A stretch of 64,000 nt of DNA from Patescibacteria group bacterium UBA7435 (lineage in GTDB: Bacteria; Patescibacteriota; Minisyncoccia; Phycocordibacterales; UBA918): NCBI GenBank assembly GCA_002477545.1, contig DLQJ01000007.1, forward strand, positions 19,942 to 83,941. The letters are read 5' to 3'. The position numbers were made by a program, and so were the translations under genes. Below the pieces are notes generated by a model, which worked only from the letters and a program-made list of their open reading frames with translations, was not told the origin of the DNA and did no database searches. Positions 20,194 to 29,201 of the stretch are shown piece by piece; position 1 is the stretch's first letter, and the number at the start of each line of letters is the position of its first letter.

Positions 20194-21111
20194 ATGAAAA
20201 AAGAATTAACTTTTATAGGACTCGGAAGGATGGGAGCAGCAATGGCAGCAAATCTTGTTGAGCAAGACTACACAGTACACGGGTACGATGTGGACGACAA
20301 AGCGCGGTCTTCAGCAGATGTTGATGGTGTCATCGTACACAAAACACTTGAGGAGGCAGTTTCTACATTGCAGACACCTCGTACTATCTGGCTGATGCTC
20401 CCTTCAAAATATGTTGACGCTACACTCAAACAATTACGTCCTTTACTCACCTCAGGTGACACTATTATTGATGGAGGCAATAGTTTCTTTAAAGACTCAA
20501 TACACCGCCACAATGATCTCATGGCGGAGCCGATTCATTTTCTTGATTGTGGCACCTCGGGTGGTGTTAGCGGTGCACGTAATGGCGCATCTCTTATGGT
20601 TGGTGGACCAAAGGAAATTGTAAAGCAGCATGAACATATTTTTACTGCACTTGCCATAAAGGATGGGTACGGGCACGTTGGAGGTTCTGGTGCAGGACAC
20701 TTCGTAAAAATGGTACACAACGGCATTGAATACGGCATGATGGGTGCAATTGCTGAAGGAATTAATGTACTACATCATCATAAAGATGGCCTAGACTTAA
20801 ACATCAACGAAACACTCAAACCGTACCAACACGGGAGTATTATTGAAAGTAATTTAATGAACTGGATTTCTGATGCATATCACCTTGATGGGTATTTAGA
20901 AAAAATTGCCGGGGAAGTACCTACGGGAGAAACAGAGATGGAGATGGAGTATTTGATAGACCACGAAGATGTGCGGGTACTTGACGCGGCTGTACTACAA
21001 CGTAAACTGACGCGAATAGAACCCTCGTTCATTGGTACTCTTATTTCTGCAATGCGTAATCAATTTGGAGGTCATAAAATAGTAGACAAGGAGCCTGTTG
21101 ATACCGAATAA
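20194..21111 (+). CDS. gnd: 6-phosphogluconate dehydrogenase (short form)
   Basis: GLGRMG, DGGNS, GTSGG, GAGHFVKMVHNGIEY, MRNQFGGH. Confidence 0.95.
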   Translation: MKKELTFIGLGRMGAAMAANLVEQDYTVHGYDVDDKARSSADVDGVIVHKTLEEAVSTLQTPRTIWLMLPSKYVDATLKQLRPLLTSGDTIIDGGNSFFKDSIHRHNDLMAEPIHFLDCGTSGGVSGARNGASLMVGGPKEIVKQHEHIFTALAIKDGYGHVGGSGAGHFVKMVHNGIEYGMMGAIAEGINVLHHHKDGLDLNINETLKPYQHGSIIESNLMNWISDAYHLDGYLEKIAGEVPTGETEMEMEYLIDHEDVRVLDAAVLQRKLTRIEPSFIGTLISAMRNQFGGHKIVDKEPVDTE

Positions 21112-21116
21112 CTAAT

Positions 21117-21827
21117 ATGTCTATACCTAACATGCTCAATATCATGAAAGACACTGCGCAAGCAGTATCTGTTGCATTAGAGACTCACAAAAACAGTGAG
21201 GTGCTTCTGCTACTTGCCGGCGGCTCTGCACTGGATGTGCTTGAATATGTGGACACAAGTAGTATTAATGAATACACAACGATCATGATGATGGACGAAC
21301 GCTTTTCGAGTAAACCAGATGAAAATAATTACCTACAAATGAGTAAGTCATCCTTCTTCGAAAAAATTACTAAAAATGAAGCATACACCATTCCAACAGT
21401 TCCTGAGGAAGGGGAGACTTTAGAAAGTTTTGCTGAAATACTAAACAATACCCTACATACCTATTTTTCTGAACACCCAAACGCAACTGTACTTGCTTTG
21501 TTTGGCATAGGCGCAGATGGGCACACTGCAGGTATTTTTCCAATGAAGAATGTGGACTTTGTTGACACATACGGGCAAGGAGAGCTGTACGTACCAGTAC
21601 ACACAGCTCCAGCACCCTTTACACAACGATCGAGCATTACACCAAAATGCATTATGCAGCATGTAACAACTGCCTTTGTATATGCAGTGGGAGCAGAGAA
21701 AACTGCTATTTTGCAAACATTACATGATCCATATGAACTACATGAACTTCCTGCATATATCCATACACAAATTGAATCAAAGATTTTTACTGACCTTCCT
21801 TTGCAAAGAGAGCAAACTAGCACATGA
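21117..21827 (+). CDS. pgl: 6-phosphogluconolactonase
   Basis: LAGGS, DER, GIGADGHTAGIFP; follows zwf-gnd. Confidence 0.85.
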   Translation: MSIPNMLNIMKDTAQAVSVALETHKNSEVLLLLAGGSALDVLEYVDTSSINEYTTIMMMDERFSSKPDENNYLQMSKSSFFEKITKNEAYTIPTVPEEGETLESFAEILNNTLHTYFSEHPNATVLALFGIGADGHTAGIFPMKNVDFVDTYGQGELYVPVHTAPAPFTQRSSITPKCIMQHVTTAFVYAVGAEKTAILQTLHDPYELHELPAYIHTQIESKIFTDLPLQREQTST

Positions 21828-22312
21828 TGCAAAATTTATTACTTACCAAAACCAACAGTGCGATATTTACTCTAACTATACTTCTGATTGGATCTTCAAC
21901 GTTTATATATACAAACAATAAACACAGCGTTTCTAATATTGAAGATTTCGAGTCTCCTGTAGCTGCATGTATTCAAGCACTTCCTAAGAAAAAGAGGAGC
22001 AGTCACTACGAGTCCATAGTAGTACAGATCAACACAGATCTACAAAAAGACATCATCCTTAAAGAAACCGACACTACCTATTGCAACAAATTTGGATGTG
22101 CATACGAACTGTGTCTTATCACGAATACTTCTGCCGAAATAATTCCTTTTGGGTATACAGCTAAACGTCTAGTTGTAAAAAATACACACAACAATGGTTT
22201 ATACGACATTCAACTACTTGGGGAGCAGGCAACAGACCTTCAATGGGACGGCAACCAGTACATAATTAGTGGTCACTCACAGATTACAGAACCTGCAGAG
22301 CATTACCACTAA
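21824..22312 (+). CDS. Exported hypothetical protein
   Basis: N-terminal TM helix; YCNKFGCAY Cys pair; overlaps the pgl stop. Confidence 0.6.
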   Translation: MMQNLLLTKTNSAIFTLTILLIGSSTFIYTNNKHSVSNIEDFESPVAACIQALPKKKRSSHYESIVVQINTDLQKDIILKETDTTYCNKFGCAYELCLITNTSAEIIPFGYTAKRLVVKNTHNNGLYDIQLLGEQATDLQWDGNQYIISGHSQITEPAEHYH

Positions 22313-22327
22313 AAGTTATTTAAATAC

Positions 22328-22800
22328 TAAGGGTCGCACAATATTTCTACATAGGGAAGTGCAGTCGGTTGGGAAGATAGCTAAAACAACTCAATCTTGA
22401 GTTGTTTTTAGCATTACAGCAGCAACTCTGATACTCAGAGTGTTCCAGGATGAAAAAACAGGTACTAAGGTACCAGTAGAAATTTTTTGGCAAAAATTAT
22501 TTTGAAAATTTGAAATTATTTTTTGAAATAAATATACACGACTCAATACTCAAGCAGAAAGTTTTAAGATGCTTAGAATCCATTACAGAAGCGTGAAATA
22601 CAAGCAAAATGGATAATTATAGATATTATCTACATAAGCCTAATTCGATTCAATATGTTACTTATAGGTACATTAGGTCACAAAAGTACACTGTACGACG
22701 TGTATTAGGATGCTCTTACTACAAACATATCTGTTTGCGACGTATACACATGGCTTTGCCATTATGTATACGTCGCAAAAGATATATTGTGCGACGCTTA
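22328..22800. repeat. 21-bp inverted repeats bounding a 473-bp low-coding segment; the right copy is part of a dif-like 11-6-11 site
   Basis: TAAGGGTCGCACAATATTTCT (22328-22348) matches the reverse complement of 22780-22800 (TAAGCGTCGCACAATATATCT) at 19/21. Confidence 0.6.
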
Positions 22801-22868
22801 TAAGAATAGTTACGCTTGTACAATAAGCCCTTCCCGACTATAGTGTGCGTATCAACAAGGAGGTTAAA

Positions 22869-22988
22869 ATGATTTGGATAAAATCTATCACAGCAGTTCT
22901 TTTGTTTATCGCAGTTTCGGGATGTACTGCTCCATGTAATACAGGTTCAGGCCCTCTAACAATGTTCTTCGAATCTGTTTGCGATTAA
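22869..22988 (+). CDS. Small putative lipoprotein (39 aa), not in the ORF track
   Basis: AGGAGG SD; MIWIKSITAVLLFIAVSGC lipobox; TTGTAC-17-TATAGT promoter; terminator at 23007-23030. Confidence 0.6.
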   Translation: MIWIKSITAVLLFIAVSGCTAPCNTGSGPLTMFFESVCD

Positions 22989-23045
22989 AGAAATTTCACA
23001 TAACAACAAAAGCGCCAAACGGCGCTTTTACTCTATTCCCCTTCC

Positions 23046-23507
23046 CTAGCCTGAAATCTCACTTTTAACAATATTTTTTTCAGCATCAAATACGAAGGCT
23101 CCAATAAATTTTTTACTTTCCAGGAGCATGGGCATCCAATGCGGATCATCTTTCCACATTTGATGATATGGAATTTCAGTATCAGGAAACCACTCAGGCA
23201 CCATTTCATCAGTTTCTGTTATTTTCCCTTCAAATTCCTCCACTTTATATATATGTACTTCATGGAGCTCGTCGGTATCCATATAGGAAAATTCTATAAT
23301 CCCCATTTTATGTTCAGCAGTAATGACAACACTGACACCTGACTCCTCATGCATCTCTCGCACTGCAGCTTCTTCAGGAGTTTCATGAGCTTCAACTTTT
23401 CCGCCAAAACCATTAAAGAGACCTTGACCAAAACCACGTTTTTTCATGCCCAGCAGTACACGGCCTTCAGTATGTAAAATACAAAGTGTTAAAATTTTTC
23501 TATCCAT
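23046..23507 (-). CDS. NUDIX hydrolase, 8-oxo-dGTPase (MTH1/MutT-like)
   Basis: KKRGFGQG..GFGGKVEAHETPEEAAVREMHEESG; MWKDD. Confidence 0.9.
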   Translation of the reverse strand: MDRKILTLCILHTEGRVLLGMKKRGFGQGLFNGFGGKVEAHETPEEAAVREMHEESGVSVVITAEHKMGIIEFSYMDTDELHEVHIYKVEEFEGKITETDEMVPEWFPDTEIPYHQMWKDDPHWMPMLLESKKFIGAFVFDAEKNIVKSEISG

Positions 23508-24307
23508 GCTTGCTCACTTAAAAACTGGCCTTCTAGTAACATTGCGATGTGTTGATCGTACATGCTGGTATGTTGTGTAAGGAATACATTGCGTAATTGT
23601 GCCTCTTTGCTCAGGAGTGTCTCAATCTCAGGATGTGATTGAAGGTACGTTCTGAGTTTCATTGGGATGCTTTCTGTTTGTGAAAATACGGTAACACCGT
23701 TTCCAAATCGTTTCCTAATTTTCGAAGCAAGTAATGTGTAATGTGTACAGCCCAATATAATGCCATCCACGGCGACGCCTTGTAATAATCGATCGTCAAT
23801 CAACGCTTCGGTAATTGCGTAAGCACCAGCTATGTTCCCATCTTCAAGTAACGGAACTAATTCAGGTGTCGCTATAGCTTCGATTTTTACATCAAATTCA
23901 TTACGCTTACCAAGCTCAAGATGATATTTACCAGAACTTACTGTCCTTTGCGTTGCGAACATAAGTACTCGTTTACAGTCACTTTCTATGACATCTTCAA
24001 TAACAGGCACAATAACACCCAATATCTTACGATCTGGATACTCCAGTGGCAAAAATTCTTCCTGTAAGCGCCGTAACGTCTCCGCAGAGGCCGTATTGCA
24101 GGCAATTACTACCAAACTACAGTCTTTGGTAAAAAGATACTCTACGCCTATTTTTGTTAGTTCATAAATCTCCTCCTCAGTACGATCACCATACGGAAGA
24201 TGTTTAGTGTCCCCATAATATTCATAGTCATACTGTGACAGTTCTTTAGCTACTGCTTTCAGCACCAGTAATCCACCCAATCCAGAATCAAAAAAACCTA
24301 TTTTCAT
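23489..24307 (-). CDS. murI: Glutamate racemase
   Basis: FDSGLGGL, ACNTAS, LGCTHY. Confidence 0.95.
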   Translation of the reverse strand: MKIGFFDSGLGGLLVLKAVAKELSQYDYEYYGDTKHLPYGDRTEEEIYELTKIGVEYLFTKDCSLVVIACNTASAETLRRLQEEFLPLEYPDRKILGVIVPVIEDVIESDCKRVLMFATQRTVSSGKYHLELGKRNEFDVKIEAIATPELVPLLEDGNIAGAYAITEALIDDRLLQGVAVDGIILGCTHYTLLASKIRKRFGNGVTVFSQTESIPMKLRTYLQSHPEIETLLSKEAQLRNVFLTQHTSMYDQHIAMLLEGQFLSEQAWIEKF

Positions 24308-24465
24308 AATATCTATACAGACACTATAGCAAATAGATTCTAAATTACCTCATGAAAACAATTTCTTTACATCAACAACCGAGGTCATCCGAGGATCTGA
24401 TGAAAGAACTCTTCCTTGATTATTAATGATACTCAGCACATCAACCTCAACAGAAGAACGATGCA

Positions 24466-25026
24466 CTAGTACTTGCGGATCACTCCTTTTACGATCGCTG
24501 CGATTCGCATGTCGTATTCTGGATAAATTGGTTTGTAGTTTTTGTTTGCCGGTTCGAGCCATACTTTTTTTCCATCAGTTTTAAAATATTTAAGAGTCCA
24601 TCCATCGTCAACTTCAGCTATAACGATATCTCCATCTTTAGCAGTCTGTGATCGTTCTGCAATAACCAAGTCTCCTTCATCAATATGTGCTTCAATCATC
24701 GAATCTCCTTTCACTTCCAGAATAAAGGTCTTTTCTTTCTTTGGGACAAGGTATTCTTCAATACTTAATGTGTCGAGCACTTGCGAGTCTGCTGTACTTG
24801 GGATACCAGCTTCAACAAGACCAAGTAAGGGAATTTCCCCTGCGCTCATTGCAGGGAGAATTTTACCCTGTGCATCTTTTTCCAGTATTCCAGCGTCAAT
24901 AAGCTTGTGAACAAGTTTAGAAACAGCGTTCTTTGATTTGAATCCAACGAGCTCCATAATCTCCGCATAACTTGGCATGCGTTTGTTTCGATTATAGAAT
25001 TCGAAGATTTTATCTTGGTGACTCAT
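24466..25026 (-). CDS. lexA: LexA repressor
   Basis: wHTH (MPSYAEI..FKSKNAV), Ala-Gly cleavage site VEAGIP, catalytic GDSM and TLKY. Confidence 0.88.
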   Translation of the reverse strand: MSHQDKIFEFYNRNKRMPSYAEIMELVGFKSKNAVSKLVHKLIDAGILEKDAQGKILPAMSAGEIPLLGLVEAGIPSTADSQVLDTLSIEEYLVPKKEKTFILEVKGDSMIEAHIDEGDLVIAERSQTAKDGDIVIAEVDDGWTLKYFKTDGKKVWLEPANKNYKPIYPEYDMRIAAIVKGVIRKY

Positions 25027-25059
25027 AATTAGTATTGGTAACTATAGTTCTATAGTACC

Positions 25060-25260
25060 CTATGCTCGACTAAAGAAGTTAAGACGTAGTGGACTAATAA
25101 TAAGTCGTGCCCGTTCTTCCCTTCGGATCTGTCGTAGTAATTGTCGGTGTCGTCGCGCTTCTCTTTTGTAATCTGCATGTTCAACGATCTTGCAATCGAT
25201 GATACCGTTTAGATTTTGAATCTCTTTGTTTAATGCCTTTAGATATTGTTTTTTACTCAT
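25060..25260 (-). CDS. Small basic hypothetical protein upstream of lexA
   Basis: 66 aa, helical, Arg/Lys-rich; GAGGGGA SD; directly downstream of the operator-containing promoter. Confidence 0.65.
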   Translation of the reverse strand: MSKKQYLKALNKEIQNLNGIIDCKIVEHADYKREARRHRQLLRQIRREERARLIISPLRLNFFSRA

Positions 25261-25295
25261 ACTATTTTTACTTATTTCCCCTCGTAATTAAATAT

Positions 25296-25324
25296 AGTAT
25301 AGGTGAACGATCGTTCACCGTCAA
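25296..25324 (-). promoter_or_regulatory. Sigma70 promoter with candidate LexA operator in the spacer
   Basis: TTGACG-17-TATACT; perfect palindrome GGTGAACGATCGTTCACC (25302-25319) containing GAAC-N4-GTTC. Confidence 0.8.
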
Positions 25325-25370
25325 GTAATTATCTCCCCGTAAATGTGTGGACAAGGAATGGACCCTATTT

Positions 25371-25601
25371 TTAGCCAATTACAATAAATCTATCCATCAT
25401 TTTTCCATCAACGTCAATAGTTTCCTCAAACATTTCCTGAGGACGTGCAAACACTGGCTTGGGCCCTAAGTCATCAGTATCATACTCCGCTCGGTAAATC
25501 ACGAGCATCTGCATGGTCTCGCTATGATGGGCGATTGCTATTACAGTATACTCTTTCCCATTTTTGTAATGTCTGTATTTTTTTCCTGTCTCAGCCTTCA
25601 T
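25371..25601 (-). CDS. DUF1653 domain protein
   Basis: YRHYK..Y.V..A.HSET...V.YRA.Y..ARP.EMF. Confidence 0.88.
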   Translation of the reverse strand: MKAETGKKYRHYKNGKEYTVIAIAHHSETMQMLVIYRAEYDTDDLGPKPVFARPQEMFEETIDVDGKMMDRFIVIG

Positions 25602-25603
25602 AC

Positions 25604-26809
25604 TTAGTTATGCTTTGCGTGATAAATTGCATTTACTGCAAGGGATGCCAGTGCACCAATGATGAACGTCCATTCAATTGAGAAATAGAATGTTAGTGCA
25701 ACCATACCAAACAACGCAAGAGCTCGTCCGATGTGCGACGCCATCTCACGCATCACAGTAAATTCATCAACGTACCTCCCCTGCTCCCCAGACATGTCAT
25801 AAAGAATTGCACTGTATGGTGTTTTTATAAAAATCTTAGTGATGTTGTGATACAGACCCACAAAGAAAATCTGGGTTGCCGAAAGCACAAACATTTTAAT
25901 CACCCAACCAAATGCATAAAGAATGCTCCCCCGTTTAAGCGTCTGCACTTTACTGTGTCCCTTCCCGTCAAGATACTTCCCGACAAACAACTGTACAAAG
26001 ATAGTAACTCCAACAATCACCGTGGAGAGTGCCCCAATCTCAAGCATGTTTCCGTTGAGTACTTCGTATAGAAAAATAGGCCATGCAATAAGATTAACCA
26101 CTACCTCAGCACCGTTTGCCATTTCTCCCACTAATACGTTACGGAAATCAGGAGAAAAGAGATGTTGTGTTGTTTCTTTATACGTCCACGTAAACTGCTC
26201 CTCTACTGCGGGAACAAACAAATACGACACTCCGGCTGCGGCAAGAAGTACGACACCAATAGCAAAGAGCACTTCGTAGCCACTGTTTTGTACAATATAC
26301 CCGGCCAAAATTGGCCCAAGCATTCCCATGAATGCAATAGTCGCAAACATAAGTGAGACGTCTCTTCCCCGCTCCCCTCCTTTTGTAAAGGCGGTAAAAT
26401 CAACATGATACGGCACCCAGTGAAAGACACGAAACCCAACCATGGCTATAACCAGAGGTGCGAGCAAATGCCAAATATTTATTCCATCAGCAAAAAAGAG
26501 GATGATGAATTGAACAACCGAGAACACGGCACCTAGTGCAAGTGTTTTACTAAAACCAAGTATATTGGTGATTCGCATTCCAGGAACCAAAAATAAAGCA
26601 TATCCAATAGAGACAGCAGCATAGAATAGACCCACGATCCAAAATTCTAAACCAGTAGTCTCATACAAAAAGATAGGGACAAACATCCCCATCATGGCGG
26701 TTGCGAGACCTTGTATCAGACGCTTGGAGATAAATAACTGCAAAAAACCACCTTTTCGCTGTGTTCCTCTTTGGACAAGTCGGGAAAGTACTACCGTAAT
26801 TCGTTCCAT
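25604..26809 (-). CDS. MFS transporter
   Basis: 401 aa, ~12 TM segments, ERGR..S motif. Confidence 0.85.
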   Translation of the reverse strand: MERITVVLSRLVQRGTQRKGGFLQLFISKRLIQGLATAMMGMFVPIFLYETTGLEFWIVGLFYAAVSIGYALFLVPGMRITNILGFSKTLALGAVFSVVQFIILFFADGINIWHLLAPLVIAMVGFRVFHWVPYHVDFTAFTKGGERGRDVSLMFATIAFMGMLGPILAGYIVQNSGYEVLFAIGVVLLAAAGVSYLFVPAVEEQFTWTYKETTQHLFSPDFRNVLVGEMANGAEVVVNLIAWPIFLYEVLNGNMLEIGALSTVIVGVTIFVQLFVGKYLDGKGHSKVQTLKRGSILYAFGWVIKMFVLSATQIFFVGLYHNITKIFIKTPYSAILYDMSGEQGRYVDEFTVMREMASHIGRALALFGMVALTFYFSIEWTFIIGALASLAVNAIYHAKHN

Positions 26810-26875
26810 ATCTATGTATTGTACCGCACACTGCTTTTTTAAAAGGTTATGTTACGCACGTATACAAAGTTAAAC

Positions 26876-27358
26876 TTATGCTTTTGCAAGCTTCACAACG
26901 TATTCAAAATGTTTTTTTGATACAGGGGTTATAGAAAGTCTACTCCCTTTTTTTGTCACTATCATCCCCTCTAACTTTGGATCAAGTTTCAATTCATTAA
27001 GTGTCACAATCCGTGGAAATTTCTGAATGAATTTCACATCCACCAGTAGCCATGTAGGATTCTCCTTTTTACTCTTCGGATCTGGATGATCACTCTTGGA
27101 ATCAAACTGTGTCGGGTCTGGATAGGCCTCACTTACAATTTTCATTTCTCCAACTACACCAATTTCTTTTGCATTGGAGTGATAGAACAGCACGTGATCT
27201 CCAATATGCATATCATCACGAATCATATTGCGCACTTGATAGTTACGAATACCATCCCAAGGTTCAACCTTGTTCCGCTTAAGATCATCAATCGAGAAGC
27301 AATCGGGCTCAGATTTCATTAGCCAATATTGTGCACTTTGGGAGGTTTTTGTATTCAT
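26876..27358 (-). CDS. EVE domain protein
   Basis: YWLMKSEP, WDGIRNYQVRN, LFYHS, RLSITPV. Confidence 0.93.
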   Translation of the reverse strand: MNTKTSQSAQYWLMKSEPDCFSIDDLKRNKVEPWDGIRNYQVRNMIRDDMHIGDHVLFYHSNAKEIGVVGEMKIVSEAYPDPTQFDSKSDHPDPKSKKENPTWLLVDVKFIQKFPRIVTLNELKLDPKLEGMIVTKKGSRLSITPVSKKHFEYVVKLAKA

Positions 27359-27404
27359 TGTTCTAGTATACTAAATATATAGTTTTATTACATAACTAAC
27401 GCCT

Positions 27405-27833
27405 ATGAACTTAACCACACTTAACCAATACGCAGCACCAGCTGGACGTATCCTTGTAGGAGCATTCTTCCTCCTCGCTGGAATTGGGAAGCTTACCAAC
27501 ATTGAAGGTACTGCAGGATATATCGCTTCAACAGGATTACCTATGAGCACATTCTTAGCATGGGATGCTGCACTATTTCTTATACTTGCAGGAGGAGTAC
27601 TCATCATTGGTAAATATATGAAAGAAGCACTTGGGTTGCTTGCTTTGTACACCATTCTCGTAACTGCACTCTTTCACGGGCCTCATCTATGGGCTGATGA
27701 TCCTACAGGAGGACAACAACTCAACTTCATGAAGAACATGGCATTGCTTGGAGGTATTTTGTACATGTTTGCACACACAGGAAAAGGACATGCCGAGAAA
27801 CGAACTGAATCACAATCACAAGAACAAATGTAA
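27405..27833 (+). CDS. DoxX family membrane protein
   Basis: GRILVGAFFLLAGIGK, FMKNMALLGG. Confidence 0.88.
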   Translation: MNLTTLNQYAAPAGRILVGAFFLLAGIGKLTNIEGTAGYIASTGLPMSTFLAWDAALFLILAGGVLIIGKYMKEALGLLALYTILVTALFHGPHLWADDPTGGQQLNFMKNMALLGGILYMFAHTGKGHAEKRTESQSQEQM

Positions 27834-27888
27834 GTTACATACATACAAAAAAGCCACAGCATGCTGTGGCTTTTTTGTATGTTCAAAT

Positions 27889-28257
27889 CTAGAGCGTTGG
27901 TGTTCCGGGTATTGTGGGTACTGTGGTGGTCCCAAACAATCCTCCTGCGATGATATTCACAATTCCCCAAATGGAAACCATGAGCACAAAGCCGATGATG
28001 GCATATGTTATTAGTTGTTTCCCTTTCTCTCGTTCTGCCTCATTTCCTCCACCAAGGATGAAGTACTTAAACATTCCGAACACAAATACCAACAGGGCAA
28101 GTGTGAATAATAACGGGATGAGAATGTTATCTATAAAACCTCCGATGTTTGTAAAAAATGTATCTACCTCTCCAAAGTATTGTTGTGCAGATGTCACTAT
28201 TGGCATTAACAGGATCAACATTGCATACTTCCCTATTGTTTTCTGAGCTTTATTCAT
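27889..28257 (-). CDS. Pilin (TrbC/VirB2-like, CPR type)
   Basis: Leader ..SAQ, two TM helices, FKYFILGGGN..REKGKQLI.YAIIGF..SIWGIVN. Confidence 0.8.
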   Translation of the reverse strand: MNKAQKTIGKYAMLILLMPIVTSAQQYFGEVDTFFTNIGGFIDNILIPLLFTLALLVFVFGMFKYFILGGGNEAEREKGKQLITYAIIGFVLMVSIWGIVNIIAGGLFGTTTVPTIPGTPTL

Positions 28258-28290
28258 ATTAGTTATATTACCGTATACAGCTATCATTAT

Positions 28291-28644
28291 CTACGCACCA
28301 ATATCAGGTCCTGATGGAGTGTTTGGCGGTGTGTTATCAGGAAACAATCCTCCTGCGATAATATTTACAATTCCCCAAATAGAAACCATAAGAACAAAAC
28401 CAACTATCGCATACATCACTAGTTGCTTTCCTTCTTCTCGAGCTGACTCATTACCTCCGCCAAGAATAAAGTACTTGAATACGCCATATAGGAAAACCAG
28501 TAGTGCTATGGCAAAAATAAGCGGAATAAGTACTGAATTAATAAACCCGCTTATGTTATTAAAAAATGTATCTACCGTTCCAAACTGAGCTAATGCCATA
28601 ACTGGCAGAGCAAAGAGACTTCCAACAATTGCTATTCTTTTCAT
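28291..28644 (-). CDS. Pilin (TrbC/VirB2-like, CPR type), paralog
   Basis: Same signature as the neighbouring gene; leader ..ALAQ. Confidence 0.8.
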   Translation of the reverse strand: MKRIAIVGSLFALPVMALAQFGTVDTFFNNISGFINSVLIPLIFAIALLVFLYGVFKYFILGGGNESAREEGKQLVMYAIVGFVLMVSIWGIVNIIAGGLFPDNTPPNTPSGPDIGA

Positions 28645-28686
28645 ATACACAGTATATAGCACTGTTTTGTATAAAATAAGTCATAT

Positions 28687-28722
28687 ACACAAAAGGCCGG
28701 AAGCAAAGCTTCCGGCCTTTTG
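28687..28722 (-). terminator. Intrinsic (bidirectional) terminator
   Basis: CAAAAGGCCGGAAGC-AAA-GCTTCCGGCCTTTTG. Confidence 0.75.
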
Positions 28723-28766
28723 TTGTGTATACCGAGTCTTAAACTCTACACGTGGAGTTGCAAATG

Positions 28767-29201
28767 TTAGACAGACGCAAGTGTCCGACTCCAACACGGT
28801 GCTGATGCACTCCATGGTTGTGTACCTGATCGCTCATAGAGGTCTCGGGCATACGCCATGTTATCGTAGATATCTTCCATATCGAGTCCCATTCGATCTG
28901 CAGTCTCACCATGGTAACCAAGGTTGATCTGCATTACTCCTGTATCTCGATTGTCTACATGTCCACGAAGAACGGTACCGTCAGCTAATGTGTGTCGAAA
29001 TGTCGATTCACATCGCGCAACCTGGATCATTACTGGGATATCCGCAAAGTACTCTCGTACCACTGCTTCAGTATCTCCAACAACAACGACCTGGGTTGCT
29101 GTATCTTCAATTGTTGCGATATTTCCGTACGCGGTATCAGTAGATTGTACTGATACGGTTCCTGTAACAGCGATAATTGCTGCAATAACAGTGGATATAA
29201 T
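28767..29201 (-). CDS. Exported lytic transglycosylase/lysozyme-like (SLT/Rpf-like) protein; start uncertain
   Basis: ARCEST, GVMQIN, ARDLY..GTQPW. The frame extends 5' through a hydrophobic segment to an in-frame stop at 29216 with only ATT/ATA/CTT available as starts. Confidence 0.78.
   Translation of the reverse strand: MISTVIAAIIAVTGTVSVQSTDTAYGNIATIEDTATQVVVVGDTEAVVREYFADIPVMIQVARCESTFRHTLADGTVLRGHVDNRDTGVMQINLGYHGETADRMGLDMEDIYDNMAYARDLYERSGTQPWSASAPCWSRTLASV

Noticed and set aside
22609-22803. 64-aa ORF inside the inverted-repeat segment
   Set aside because: Runs through the long palindrome, has atypical composition and no SD; probably not coding.
24350-24562. 70-aa minus-strand ORF overlapping the lexA 3' end
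   Set aside because: Overlaps lexA out of frame and has no recognisable features.
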